64,000 bases of DNA from a bacterium (GTDB lineage Bacteria > SAR324 > NAC60-12), in the NCBI GenBank assembly GCA_965205865.1, contig CBDBHR010000028.1:224001-288000 (forward strand). Reading direction: 5' to 3'. Positions 38,897 through 48,721 of this stretch are shown here, one piece after another (the first letter of the stretch is position 1; every line of letters begins with the position of its first letter). The notes under the pieces are model-generated. The model did no database searches. It had not been told where the DNA came from and worked only from the letters and a program-made list of their open reading frames with translations. The position numbers and the translations under genes were made by a program.

Positions 38897-40380
38897 GTGC
38901 GCCAGGAAAGCTGGCAAGAAATAGAGAGTGAAAGTCTCTTACTCGGTAAGGCAGTAACGACCCGCCGAGTCCCCGAGTCATGAGTGGCTATTCGCAAGGA
39001 TAGGCGCTAAGCGTTGACAGGGGAGAACATAGGTTCGGTATTGAGCTCCGAAATCATAGTTTCAGGTGCTGACCTTGTAGTCTGCTGGGGAAGGCAATAT
39101 CAACCGAAGGCGTTAGCGTGAGTCTCGACTGAGCCTGGCGGAGTCGAAGACCCGGCGCATGTGTGGAAGTTTCTTGATCGGAACCTGGGAGATCCTGAAG
39201 ACGACTGTCAACATTCTATTGGTAGTCGGATCGGGAAAATTAATAAATAACCCCGATATCTACGTCTTCAGGAAGTCGGACAAGTTCGTAGTAGCGTGAG
39301 CAGCCGACAAGGCTGTGGATTTTGGAGAGTGAAAGTCTCTCTGTCGTCAGTTTCCCATTCGGGCGACTAGCATATCCGGTGCGCTTAGCAGGTAACTGCT
39401 TTGCGTTCTGCCCGGAAGTAAAAGTCACCGTCTGCTTTGGACGAGAGTCCATAGTGGGAGCCAACAGGGTGGCGAGCAAACCTGGAGGCCTGAACATTAG
39501 TGAATGATTGCAGCTCCGAAAGAGACTTCCGTCGTGAATTGGCTTGACGGTGTGTTGCCCAACCGCCGACCCGCTCGCTACTCGGGGAAGGCCGAAGTTC
39601 CAAGGGAAGTAATGGGAACAGGCACCTTGGAGGGAGCCGGAGTATGGATCCAAGCATCCAGGGAAAGATCCACAGAGATAACGTCGGGAAGGGCCAACTT
39701 CCAGCAGGGACTCGCAATAACCTGCAAGGACCTACCGTATAGGGTAACACCGAAATCGGCAGGAGGATTTTGGTCTGGCGCATGAGTCCGTATGAGCGAT
39801 GAAGACCGGGTAACGCTGGTCGAGGGGATGCTTGGACATCTCCCTTTTGGAGGTAACACCTCTAAAAGGCAAAGGGGCTCTCGGTAAATGGCGGGCATTT
39901 CATGAACCACTGCCGAACTTGTGTCGGTCAAGAGTGTCACCACAAAGAATGTCGAGCTGGAGATCAAATCACTCACTCCAGGGGTGAATGCAGGCGAGTG
40001 CTTAAGCTTCGGATTGGGTGGGAAGGGTTTCTGGGGAAACGCTGTTGCTGCCAACCGGACTCGGGAAATCCGACCGTCCGGGATGAGAGGGGGGCTTGCG
40101 GAAACGTGATGCAGGGTCTGACGCCCTTTTGCCACGAAACCGGAAACGGGGGATACATTGGAAGTCGTTGACCTAAACATGCGCGCGCCGTATTTCTACC
40201 CGGCATGAAGCGGCGAACAATGAGATCATTTGTAGAGAGTAACAATGCAAAGGAAATCAACGGAGCCTGTGGAGCAAAGGGACTTGGCTGAGAGGAATTC
40301 TGCTTGCCCTCCTGTGTTCGGAACTCAGAGGCCGGTAAAATCAGAGAGCGGTTTAAGCAGGGTGCGCCAAACGGCAACGT
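38897..40380 (+). mobile_element. Outer group II intron, 3'-truncated (DI-DIII and start of DIV), interrupted by the inner intron
   Basis: GTGCG 5' end; GAGAGTGAAAGTCTC, GAGCTCCGAAA, GGGGAAGGC, GGAACCTGGGAGA, GGAAGTCGGA..GTAGTAGC|ATGAAGC..GAAC, GGAGC.AAGGG motifs; ends at SGLSRVRQTA, like a maturase N-terminus. Confidence 0.75.
39296..40204 (+). ncRNA. Inner ORF-less group II intron-like ribozyme (DI-DVI)
   Basis: GTGAG 5' end, second full set of DI-DIII motifs, short DIV without RT motifs, DV-like hairpin CCGGACTCGGGAAATCCGACCGTCCGG (40055-40081), DVI ending TTCTACCCGGC. Confidence 0.8.
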
Positions 40381-40467
40381 TTACCTGACCAGGAACGCGG
40401 ACAATCAGTACCCAAATCTCACTGATCTTCAAGAATGGGTCATGTCCGATATTGAAAGGTTTGTGGC

Positions 40468-40675
40468 ATGACTATGTTGAAAAAGAATCCCCTTAAAATC
40501 ACCCCTATCAAAGGTAGTCCGATGCTGCATTGGGTGGGCAAGAAGCCGTTGGACGTGGAGCGGTATTTCCAGCACAGTTATGCGAAACCCGTCGGCGTGG
40601 ACAATCCACCGGCCGAGTCGTCATACTTGGAATTTGTGAAAAGCGATTACAATCTGCTTTTTCATGGGGACACAG
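40468..40675 (+). pseudogene. N-terminal fragment of a type III Mod-like DNA methyltransferase
   Basis: KGSPMLHWVGKKPL...(frameshift FPAQL)...NLLFHGD, then truncated. Confidence 0.6.
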
Positions 40676-40869
40676 TGGTAAGCCCCCGGAGTTGTTACGA
40701 AAGGTTCCGGGTCAGTTCAGTTTTGGATGCTCTCAAGGGAAAAAATCATTTAAGGTATTGAAAATTGGTAAGCAGAAAATTAGATCGAGTGAAGAAACTG
40801 AAGAAATAATAGCTGGCATTCCCTGATATGAATATTCTGGTACTCTCCGGCGAAAGTGCGTAGATGCCC

Positions 40870-41262
40870 TCATTCACGACGGATTGGCATCAGTTTGACA
40901 TGCTCCTCCAGCCAGGAGAGAAGCTCCGCGAAGCGGAAGGAGTTGGTCTTGAACAGCTTCATAAAGTGATTATAGGCCTCGCGGTTATCGCAGTCGATGA
41001 AATGACTGTTCAGACGGAGGAAGGTATCGGTGGCGCCGAGAGCGGTACGTTTGTTACCGTCCACGAAAGGATGGTTCATAGCGAGACTCTCCATCAAGGC
41101 GGCAGCCTCTTCTATCAGTCCGTCGTAGTAACCCATCTGCGGGCGCAAGAGAGCGGATTCCAACGCTCCCATGTCACGAAGACCGGCGGCGCCACCTGTT
41201 TCTGAAAGCAAGGCGTCATGAATGGCCACGACTTCTTCGATAGTGGGGAAACTGCGGGTCAT
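40870..41262 (-). CDS. doc: Death-on-curing (Doc/Fic) toxin
   Basis: GLRDMGALESAL.RP and HPFVDGNKRT. Confidence 0.93.
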   Translation of the reverse strand: MTRSFPTIEEVVAIHDALLSETGGAAGLRDMGALESALLRPQMGYYDGLIEEAAALMESLAMNHPFVDGNKRTALGATDTFLRLNSHFIDCDNREAYNHFMKLFKTNSFRFAELLSWLEEHVKLMPIRRE

Positions 41263-41486
41263 TCAGCAAGCAATTCATAAAGCAGACGATTTTTCTCGAG
41301 GCTGGCCTGAAAGTGCGCCATCACCTCGGGGCGTACTTTCTCGCGGACCTTGTTTTCGATGTAGCCGCGCATGGCGTCTTCGAGGACTGCTTGAAAATGA
41401 CGGCCTTCCCGGCGGGCGATCGCTCGCATTTCCGACAACAACTCCGGCGAAGCCTGGCTCGAGAATTTTTCACGTGAAACATCCAT
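41259..41486 (-). CDS. Cognate antitoxin (ribbon-helix-helix-like)
   Basis: 75 aa, ATGA overlap with doc, C-terminal LYELLAE. Confidence 0.8.
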   Translation of the reverse strand: MDVSREKFSSQASPELLSEMRAIARREGRHFQAVLEDAMRGYIENKVREKVRPEVMAHFQASLEKNRLLYELLAE

Positions 41487-41550
41487 TACCGTACTCCTCT
41501 CTAATATGGCTCAATTATGGCTCTATGCGGTCACGGTTTCAAGATAAATC

Positions 41551-42562
41551 TTGATGGAAATTGATAAAAGGCCAACTTTGGAGGTTATGCCACGAATTCC
41601 TGCTTCAGCTCCTCCAGGATTCGGGGTAGTTGCTCACGGCTATCCGTCGGCATGGCGACGGCGATTTGTTGAAAAAGGAATAACAGGTCTTAATGATGAT
41701 CCGCGGCCCGGCAGGACACGCATTTATGGAGCGGATAAAATCGAAGAGATTGTGAAGAAAACCATTGAAGAGAAGCCTGAGGACCGTACCCATTGGAGCA
41801 CGCGATCGATGGCCAAGGCAGTTGGCGTAGGCAAGACAACCGTCGCTAAAGTATGGAAGGCCCATCGCCTCGAGCCTCATCTGGAAAAAACATTTAAGTT
41901 GTCGCATGATAAGCATTTCACTGCGAAACTGAAAGATGTCATCGGCTTGTACATGAATCCTCCTGAGAAAGCGCTGGTCTTGAGCGTCGATGAGAAATCA
42001 CAAATCCAGGCACTCGATCGCACCCAGCCAGGTCTGCCACTGAAACCAGGACGCAATGGCACCAGAACTCATGATTATATCCGTCATGGCACCTGCTGTC
42101 TGTTTACTGCTTTGAATACGCAGACAGGGGAAGTGCTCGCTCGCTGTGAAAAACGGCACCGACACCAAGAGTATCTGCGCTTCCTGCGTCTTATTGACAA
42201 GACTACCTCGAAGCAACTGCAGTTACACTTGATCCTGGACAATTACGCCACCCACAAACATCTTAATATGAAAGAATGGCTCAAAAAACACCCGCGATTT
42301 CACCCGCATTTCATTCCTACTTCCTCCTCATGGCTGAACATGGTGGAACGTTTTTTTGGCAAGATCACTGCAGAACGGATTCGACGAGGCGCCTTCAAAA
42401 GCGTGCTCGAGTTGACCGAAGCCATCCATAGTTACATCGAGACACACAATCGCAACCCAAAACCCTATGTCCGGACTAAAACTGCCGAAGAAATTATCAA
42501 CAAACTCAAACCGGTCTATCAAATGACCAAAATTACAATGTATTAACCGAGCAATACACTAG
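41551..42562 (+). mobile_element. IS630-family element, 5' end degenerate
   Basis: Transposase motifs THWSTR, VDEKSQIQAL, THDYIRHGT, LDNYATH, SWLNMVERFF; right end ATACACTAG. Confidence 0.9.
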
Positions 42563-42659
42563 TACTTTTTAAAGTTGTAATCATAATCTGACTAGTATAC
42601 TTTTCGGATAATGTACAGGGGACTCACACCCCATGAGTTCATGCCCATGCCGGGCACAC
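42563..42659 (-). mobile_element. 5' remnant of a group IIC-attC intron
   Basis: Minus strand TTGT|GTGTGCCCGGCATGGGCATGAACTCATGGGGTGTGAGTCCCCTG, inserted antisense into an attC-like hairpin; cut by IS630. Confidence 0.8.
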
Positions 42660-42710
42660 ACAAGGCATTGGAGGTGACGCTTAACAGCGCACCTCAGCTT
42701 CATGCTGCTT
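42660..42710 (+). repeat. attC-like site (intron target)
   Basis: ACAAGGC-ATTG-GAGGTG(A)CGCT-TAAC-AGCGCACCTC hairpin with an extrahelical base; R' box degenerate. Confidence 0.65.
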
Positions 42711-42781
42711 TATGAATCACACTTTCTTCCTCAAAATATAAAAAATCAATTCAATCCGGAGAAAAAGCTCTACAAGAAGGG

Positions 42782-42832
42782 TTGACATATTTTAACCATG
42801 AACTATAATGACTCATATAATTAATATGGTTA
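42782..42832 (+). promoter_or_regulatory. Sigma70 promoter with palindromic operator for the TA operon
   Basis: TTGACA-N16-TATAAT; overlapping TAACCAT/ATGGTTA inverted repeat. Confidence 0.7.
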
Positions 42833-42846
42833 TACAGGAGAGCACT

Positions 42847-43131
42847 ATGGAAAGAGTAATTGATGTGACAACAGCACGCAGACAACTGGGTACCCTATTA
42901 GATGAAGTCTTTTATAAAGGAGAAATTATAACAATAGAAAGGAAAGGGAAGCCTCTCGCTCAGATCATCCCATTTAAAGAGGCCGCTTCTCACTTATCTT
43001 CTGAACAGAAAGAACTTCTTGAGGAACTTCACAGTTTGCCTACGATCCCAACAGCTCAAGATCCAACTACGATTTTAAGAAAAATTCGTAAACAGAAGAG
43101 AATTCAAGCAAATGTGGACTATGGAAAATGA
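42847..43131 (+). CDS. Phd/YefM family antitoxin
   Basis: VTTARRQLGTLLDEV...IERKGKPLA. Confidence 0.88.
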   Translation: MERVIDVTTARRQLGTLLDEVFYKGEIITIERKGKPLAQIIPFKEAASHLSSEQKELLEELHSLPTIPTAQDPTTILRKIRKQKRIQANVDYGK

Positions 43132-43585
43132 TCGTTACGTTTTGGATGCGAACATTTTTTTAGAATACATCTATGGCAGAGCCTTGAAGGATCATGCTAA
43201 AAAAATCCTACAAGATGCCATATTAAAAAAGATACAAGTTCTTGTTCCAAGCTTATTATTGGATGAAATCACAGAGGTTCTTTGCAGTAATTTAGACAAT
43301 CTTAAAGAAGTGAAACACCAGAATATATAGAAAAACTCTCAAAACAAGGAGCCTTGAAGATTATTGTTCCCAATACTGGAGTACGAATGAAAGCCATTGA
43401 AATTGCGAGGACAGGAAATCCTAAAAGTGGCTATCCGGAATTGACTGATTCTTTATACCATGCTTTGGCAATTATTAAATAATGCCGTATTTATCACAAA
43501 TGATATAAAGCATATTAGTAAGGTAAAGCAGTTTAGTCATATCAAGGAACTTTCAAAATATGGCAATATTGCTGAGAAATCATGA
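43121..43585 (+). pseudogene. PIN/VapC toxin, disrupted
   Basis: YVLDANIF N-terminus; frameshift near 43320; DSLYHALA followed by another break near 43480. Confidence 0.8.
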
Positions 43586-43595
43586 CCAAAATCAA

Positions 43596-43678
43596 GCAGA
43601 ACAAGTCATTTGAACGGATTGCTTGAGGGCGCCGCTCGTTCCTCGCTCTGGGTGGCGGGTGATGCCGACGTTAGCGCT
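43596..43678 (+). repeat. attC-like site, probably chimeric or degenerate
   Basis: GCAGAACAAGTCATTTGAAC...GACGTTAGC immediately after the toxin stop; arms pair poorly. Confidence 0.5.
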
Positions 43679-43807
43679 ATGAATAATCCAGGTCTAAAAA
43701 AGGAATAGATTCTCTCGGGCCTGATTCTTTCCAATGGTCCAAACTCGAGGAAGAAGAAAAAACAGCGATTCTCAAGAAGGAAAAAGAGACGGGCTCCTTT
43801 TGTCCGT

Positions 43808-44779
43808 TTACCATTTGAAAGGGTTGATCAGTCGGGCCAGGAGGCCTCTTTTACGTTTCACCTTCGCGGTGCCGTAACGGCCTTCACCGCCTCGCAGCCG
43901 GGGATCGAGCAGATCCCGCATGGCATCGCCGAACATGTTGAGACTATAAACGACAATCGTCAGGCAAAGCCCCGGCCAGAGCGCCAGCCGAGGCGCCATC
44001 TCCATGTATCTACGCCCTTCTCCGCTGAGCATCGCGCCCCAGTCGGGAAACGCGGGAGGCAGACCGTATCCGAGGAAGCTCAGAGCGGCCGCAGAGAGGA
44101 TGTTGCCTCCGATGTTGACCGAGAAGATGATGATCAGGGGAGCCACGATATTGGGCAGGACATGCCGCATCAGGGTTTTGAGGGTGGGGCTGCCCACGGC
44201 TTGGGCGGCCAGAAAGTAGTCATTCTCTTTAATGCTGATCACGGCGCCTCGGGGGACTCGGGAGCCACTAATCCCTCCGGTGATCCCCAGCACCACGATG
44301 ATCTGGAATAAACCCGTCCCCACGATGGACATGATGGTTAACAAGAGCAGCAGTCCCGGAAAACACATCCAGGCATCGACAAAGCGCTGCACCACCAGGT
44401 CGAATTTCCCGCCAATGAATCCGGAAGTGCCGCCGATGAGGACCGCGACGAGCACATTGAGCGTGGTGGCGGCCAGCCCGACAATCAAGGAAAGACGCGC
44501 CCCATAGATCAGGCGGCTCAACAAGTCGCGCCCGATATGGTCGGTCCCCAGGAGATACTGGGCGGAGGGACCCTGAAACTGGTCTCTCAGGTGTATTTCA
44601 TAAAAAGGATAAGGCGCCAGCGCATCGGCAAAGATCGCCACAAAAATCAAGAGCAAGACGATCATCCCGCAGGCCGTCCCCAGGGGCTTCTCCTTGAGCA
44701 GCCGGATCAGGAAATCCGCAAAACGGCTCCGTCGCTTGGGTTCAGGGATGAGGGATGGTGTTTCTTGGGTGTTGTTCAT
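43808..44779 (-). CDS. Peptide/nickel ABC transporter permease (DppC-like)
   Basis: LGTDHIGRDLLSRLIYGAR, RHVLPN, LSFLG, GDAMRDLLDPR. Confidence 0.93.
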   Translation of the reverse strand: MNNTQETPSLIPEPKRRSRFADFLIRLLKEKPLGTACGMIVLLLIFVAIFADALAPYPFYEIHLRDQFQGPSAQYLLGTDHIGRDLLSRLIYGARLSLIVGLAATTLNVLVAVLIGGTSGFIGGKFDLVVQRFVDAWMCFPGLLLLLTIMSIVGTGLFQIIVVLGITGGISGSRVPRGAVISIKENDYFLAAQAVGSPTLKTLMRHVLPNIVAPLIIIFSVNIGGNILSAAALSFLGYGLPPAFPDWGAMLSGEGRRYMEMAPRLALWPGLCLTIVVYSLNMFGDAMRDLLDPRLRGGEGRYGTAKVKRKRGLLARLINPFKW

Positions 44780-44801
44780 GATCCCGATTTTTCTATAATA
44801 C

Positions 44802-45166
44802 AGTCCCGGAGGGACGAAAGGGAATAGCCCAGCGATTCATCGCTGGGAAAGGCCCCCTCCTCCTCCTCAGCTAGTCCCGGAGGGACGAAAGGGAATAGCC
44901 CAGCAATTCATCGCTGGGAAAGGCCCCCCTCCTCAGCTAGTCCCGGAGGGACGACACTTCTTCGATCTTTCGAGTTACTCCCATAAGGAAAAAGGTGCTT
45001 TTTGATTTCAGGAGTCATCCTCTCAATTCGGATTTTTGTGCTAAAGACACAATGAAGATGATTGCTGACGTAGGAATGGACATGAAACCTCATTGTTGTG
45101 TCGTCCCTCCGGGACTTTGAAGGAGACTGTCTTTTGTTCCCAGCTTCCTTTCGTCCCTCCGGGATT
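44802..45166. mobile_element. REP cluster flanking an IS200/RAYT-like TnpA remnant
   Basis: AGTCCCGGAGGGACGA at 44802, 44873 and 44939 with CCCAGCGATTCATCGCTGGG hairpins; inverted copies near 45100 and 45150; minus-strand HSYVSNHLHCVFSTK..PEIKKHLFPY. Confidence 0.78.
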
Positions 45167-45214
45167 TCTTCTTACATACGAATCTCAAACCCATATTTAC
45201 CAGTAGCATAACGA

Positions 45215-46219
45215 CTATTCATACCGAACCCTGGGGTCTAAGTAAGGATAAATCAGGTCGATGAGGAGATTGATGACCATCACCCCGGCGGCGAAAAACA
45301 GGTTGACTCCGGAGACCACCGGGTAGTCTCGGTCCTGGAGTGCCAGCAGCAAGAGACGACCGATCCCCGGCAGGTTGAAGATGTTCTCCATGATCACCGC
45401 GCCCCCGACCAGGAGAGGCAACTGCAGGCCGATCAGGGTCACGACCGGGATGAAGGCATTCTTGAGGGCGTGTCTCACCACGACGACCCGCTCCTTGAGC
45501 CCCTTGGCCCAGGCGGTGCGGATATAGTCCTGCCTGAGCACCTCGAGTGTCATGGTGCGCGTCATCCGCATGGTGGCGGCAGACAGGGCCGTCCCCAGAA
45601 TCAGGCTGGGAACGATGAACATCCCGAGATTCCCTAGCGGATCTTCGGTAAAAGGAATCATCTCCATCGATGGCGCCCAGCCCCACCAGATGACGGGGTA
45701 GAGCATGACCATAATTCCCAGCCAGAAGTTAGGCGTTGCCAGGCCGATGATGGCGACCGAGCGCCCCACGTAGTCGGCGGCCGTATCCTGGCGAATCGCC
45801 GAGTAGATGCCGACGGGCAGCGCTATAACTAGCCCGATTACGATTGCCATGACGCCAAGCTCAATGGTTACTGGCAGTCTACCTAATATCCTCTCCTCCA
45901 CCGACCCGCCAAACAGTGATTGGCCAAATGTGCCCTGGAGGAGGCCGTTGAAGTCGGTCTCACCGGTAACCCAGTCAGGGGTGGGCAACACTCCTATCCA
46001 GCGTCCATACTGCACGTAGACAGGCACGTCTAATCCCAGCATACGCTCAAGAGCTTCGCGGTCTATATCGGCACCCGAGGCATTCCATGCTTCCATCTCA
46101 GCCACCATTGTGTCTATTGCATCGCCGGGGATGAAGCGGACCGAGAGAAAGACCAGGATGGTCAGTATAAACAGGGTGGGGATTATCAGCAATAACCGCC
46201 TGATGATATAGGCTCTCAT
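45215..46219 (-). CDS. Peptide/nickel ABC transporter permease (DppB-like)
   Basis: YIIRRLL, DYIRTAWAKGL, RHALKNA, LDPRVR. Confidence 0.93.
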   Translation of the reverse strand: MRAYIIRRLLLIIPTLFILTILVFLSVRFIPGDAIDTMVAEMEAWNASGADIDREALERMLGLDVPVYVQYGRWIGVLPTPDWVTGETDFNGLLQGTFGQSLFGGSVEERILGRLPVTIELGVMAIVIGLVIALPVGIYSAIRQDTAADYVGRSVAIIGLATPNFWLGIMVMLYPVIWWGWAPSMEMIPFTEDPLGNLGMFIVPSLILGTALSAATMRMTRTMTLEVLRQDYIRTAWAKGLKERVVVVRHALKNAFIPVVTLIGLQLPLLVGGAVIMENIFNLPGIGRLLLLALQDRDYPVVSGVNLFFAAGVMVINLLIDLIYPYLDPRVRYE

Positions 46220-46245
46220 GTGACACACCTCATTGCGATTTCCGC

Positions 46246-46368
46246 CGTCATTGCGAGCCCCGATTTCATTAGGGCCCTCTCCCCGATTCTATCGGGGCTT
46301 CGTCAAGTTCCTTCACTGCCTCTTCGCTGCAGTCAGAGCTTCGGTTCAGGACAAGCCTCGCAATGACA
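46246..46368. repeat. GTCATTGCGAG-type REP element
   Basis: GTCATTGCGAG...CTCGCAATGAC inverted ends with internal hairpins. Confidence 0.7.
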
Positions 46369-46485
46369 GTAAGAAAGGCCCCCTCTCATTATTGAATGAG
46401 TAAGGGAGCTGGGAAGCTTGAGCCTCCGCGCCAAGGACCCCCCGACCCCCTTTTTCCCTGAGCTCAGCCACAAGGGGTGAAACCA

Positions 46486-48339
46486 CTAATAACCCATTGC
46501 TTCCTTCAGCTCCTGGTCAATCCAGATACGGGCGGAGAGGACAGCATAGTCCGCGTGGGTTCCAATAACGATTTCATCGTTATGACCTTTGACCCACGGC
46601 TGGAGCAAGCTAAACTGTGGTGCTTTAACCCCCCATATTTGCCAGTGCTTCTCTACATAGTACTTATCGGCCTCTTTAACCAGCCGCTGCTGCTCCTCAA
46701 TGGTGGTAGCGGCTGCGGCGGCTTCAAGCATGGCGTCATAAACCGGGTCCTGGACCCCGGGGCGGTTCCAAACAGGGAACTTCGTTTTGTCCGAGTGGAA
46801 CGAGCTCATCAGAGTCACAGGATCATTACACCAGTCCGCAACCGCATTCGCCATACCTTCATAAGTATGTTCCTTTAAACTGGAGACATGACGAGCTCGG
46901 TCCTGTATAAAAATCTCTACCTCAACCCCAATGGCACGAAAGTACTCCACGAGTATTTCTGCATAGCTTAAAGGTGAAGCGAAGTAGTATTCCCAGGTGG
47001 TCTTGAATCTAATACCGTCGGCGCCGCGCGGATACCCAGCCTCATCAAGGAGCTTCTCGGCCCCTGCCGGGTCATAGTGATAGCGTTCCTTGATCTCTTC
47101 GGGCCACTCTTCATATGGGTAGTTATAGCCTTTTAGACAACGATGCCCTACCATCCCCGCAGGTTGCGTAGTTCCCCAACCCTTACCCCAGGTCCGGTTA
47201 ATTGTTTCAAGGTCCAGTGCCTTCTGCATTGCTATGCGCACCCTAATGTCATTAAAGGGCGGCTTCTGTACGTCGGGAGCAATAGAGAGATTGTTATAAT
47301 TAAGAATCCTCGAAACCTGGATTTCGGGGTTGGTCCGCAGGAGGCTCTCTAATGCTGAGGCATCCGCCATTTCAGAACAGCCGCCTCTACCTACCAAATC
47401 AATCTTACCCGAGCGCATTGCCGCCGTAACTGTTTCCCTTTCTTTAATAACCAGTAACCTAAACGCATCAACATAAGGCAAGCGGTTCTTCGGGTACTTT
47501 TCGTCATAGCCCCAGTAGTCAGGATTCTTAACATAGGTGATAGAGCTGCCCTCCACCCAGTCAGTCAGCTCAAAGGGCCCGGTGCCGACCAGATTCCTCC
47601 AGTCCTTAAGGTCGCCGTATTGCTCAAAGACCTCCGGAGAGTATATCCAAACACTCGTTGATCTGAGGATAGTCCCCAGCGCACCCAAGTCTGGCTCCTT
47701 CAGCTTGAAAACAACCGTCCATTTGTCGGTAGCCGTTATCGATTCGAGTAAAGCCACGAGCGCAGCTACTCCTGGGCTAGGTCCGTCTTCGGTGAAGTCG
47801 CCCATACCCAAATAGCGGTGATAGTTCCATTCTATATCATAGGCAGTTAGCTCCCGACCGTTCATCGGCACCTTATTATGCCAGTAAACGCCCTTGCGGA
47901 TTTTGAAGACGATCGTTGTGTCGTCGGGCTTTTCCCAGCTTTCAGCTAGCCGCCCTACAAAGACAGATACAGGTACATACCAAGTTTCATAGCTAAGTTC
48001 ATCCCTATCTATTGCCCAGTTCCCCATGCCCAGATTCTCAGAAGGGCCGTGGAAGCCGCTCGGCGACCAGCCGTACCAGGCGTCGACATTACGGTTAGGC
48101 TCGCACATGGTGACTTGGGTGAATGTCCCCCCATATCTTGGGGCCTCCACCATTTCACCGGTGCTGGGATCCATCACCATCTCTTTCTCAGCCGCCACGG
48201 CCGAACCGACCCAGAGGGTGGCCACCATCAGGGTGAGGGTGAGCAACCAGGATTGCAGTTTTGCAGCAGACCAGAAGCCTGCCGGGCTCAACCCCACCAA
48301 AAGGGTGAGGCATAACGAAAACAATTTATTCGCTTTCAT
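46486..48339 (-). CDS. Family 5 ABC substrate-binding protein
   Basis: PRYGG, LAESWE, GTGPF, PFNDIRVRIAM, YDPAGAEKLLDEAGY. Confidence 0.92.
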   Translation of the reverse strand: MKANKLFSLCLTLLVGLSPAGFWSAAKLQSWLLTLTLMVATLWVGSAVAAEKEMVMDPSTGEMVEAPRYGGTFTQVTMCEPNRNVDAWYGWSPSGFHGPSENLGMGNWAIDRDELSYETWYVPVSVFVGRLAESWEKPDDTTIVFKIRKGVYWHNKVPMNGRELTAYDIEWNYHRYLGMGDFTEDGPSPGVAALVALLESITATDKWTVVFKLKEPDLGALGTILRSTSVWIYSPEVFEQYGDLKDWRNLVGTGPFELTDWVEGSSITYVKNPDYWGYDEKYPKNRLPYVDAFRLLVIKERETVTAAMRSGKIDLVGRGGCSEMADASALESLLRTNPEIQVSRILNYNNLSIAPDVQKPPFNDIRVRIAMQKALDLETINRTWGKGWGTTQPAGMVGHRCLKGYNYPYEEWPEEIKERYHYDPAGAEKLLDEAGYPRGADGIRFKTTWEYYFASPLSYAEILVEYFRAIGVEVEIFIQDRARHVSSLKEHTYEGMANAVADWCNDPVTLMSSFHSDKTKFPVWNRPGVQDPVYDAMLEAAAAATTIEEQQRLVKEADKYYVEKHWQIWGVKAPQFSLLQPWVKGHNDEIVIGTHADYAVLSARIWIDQELKEAMGY

Positions 48340-48721
48340 AATTTTACTCCATATATTACAGATTAATCATTCCCCACCTTCTTCACGAACTCGAGCGTGA
48401 AGCCTTCTCGGATGACACTCAAGAACTTTCCACTCACGAGTCATTGAGATGGGATGGAAACAAGATTGCTCAGGAGGCTGATTTTTTTCATTTGATCGCC
48501 TCCTCAAACAATCCTTAGGAAACATTTTTGCAGAAGAAGAAGAAGAAGAAGTCAAATTTTATTCCATTTTTTTTTCATTTTGAGCAAAAAAAGTTCGATT
48601 TCATTAAAAATATGCCCCCTCACTGCTATCATTATTCAATCTTCCCTTGACTCTCATCAAATTTGATTCTAATATGTACGTACTAATCAAATGGTATGTA
48701 CGCTCTGAGAGAGGAAGCACG

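Noticed and set aside
38700-40377. Several 60-200 aa ORFs on both strands
   Set aside because: Shadow translations of structured intron RNA; no reverse-transcriptase motifs such as YADD
44802-44957. Possible CRISPR array
   Set aside because: The intervening sequences are near-identical hairpins rather than unique spacers, there are no cas genes, and inverted copies flank a tnpA relic
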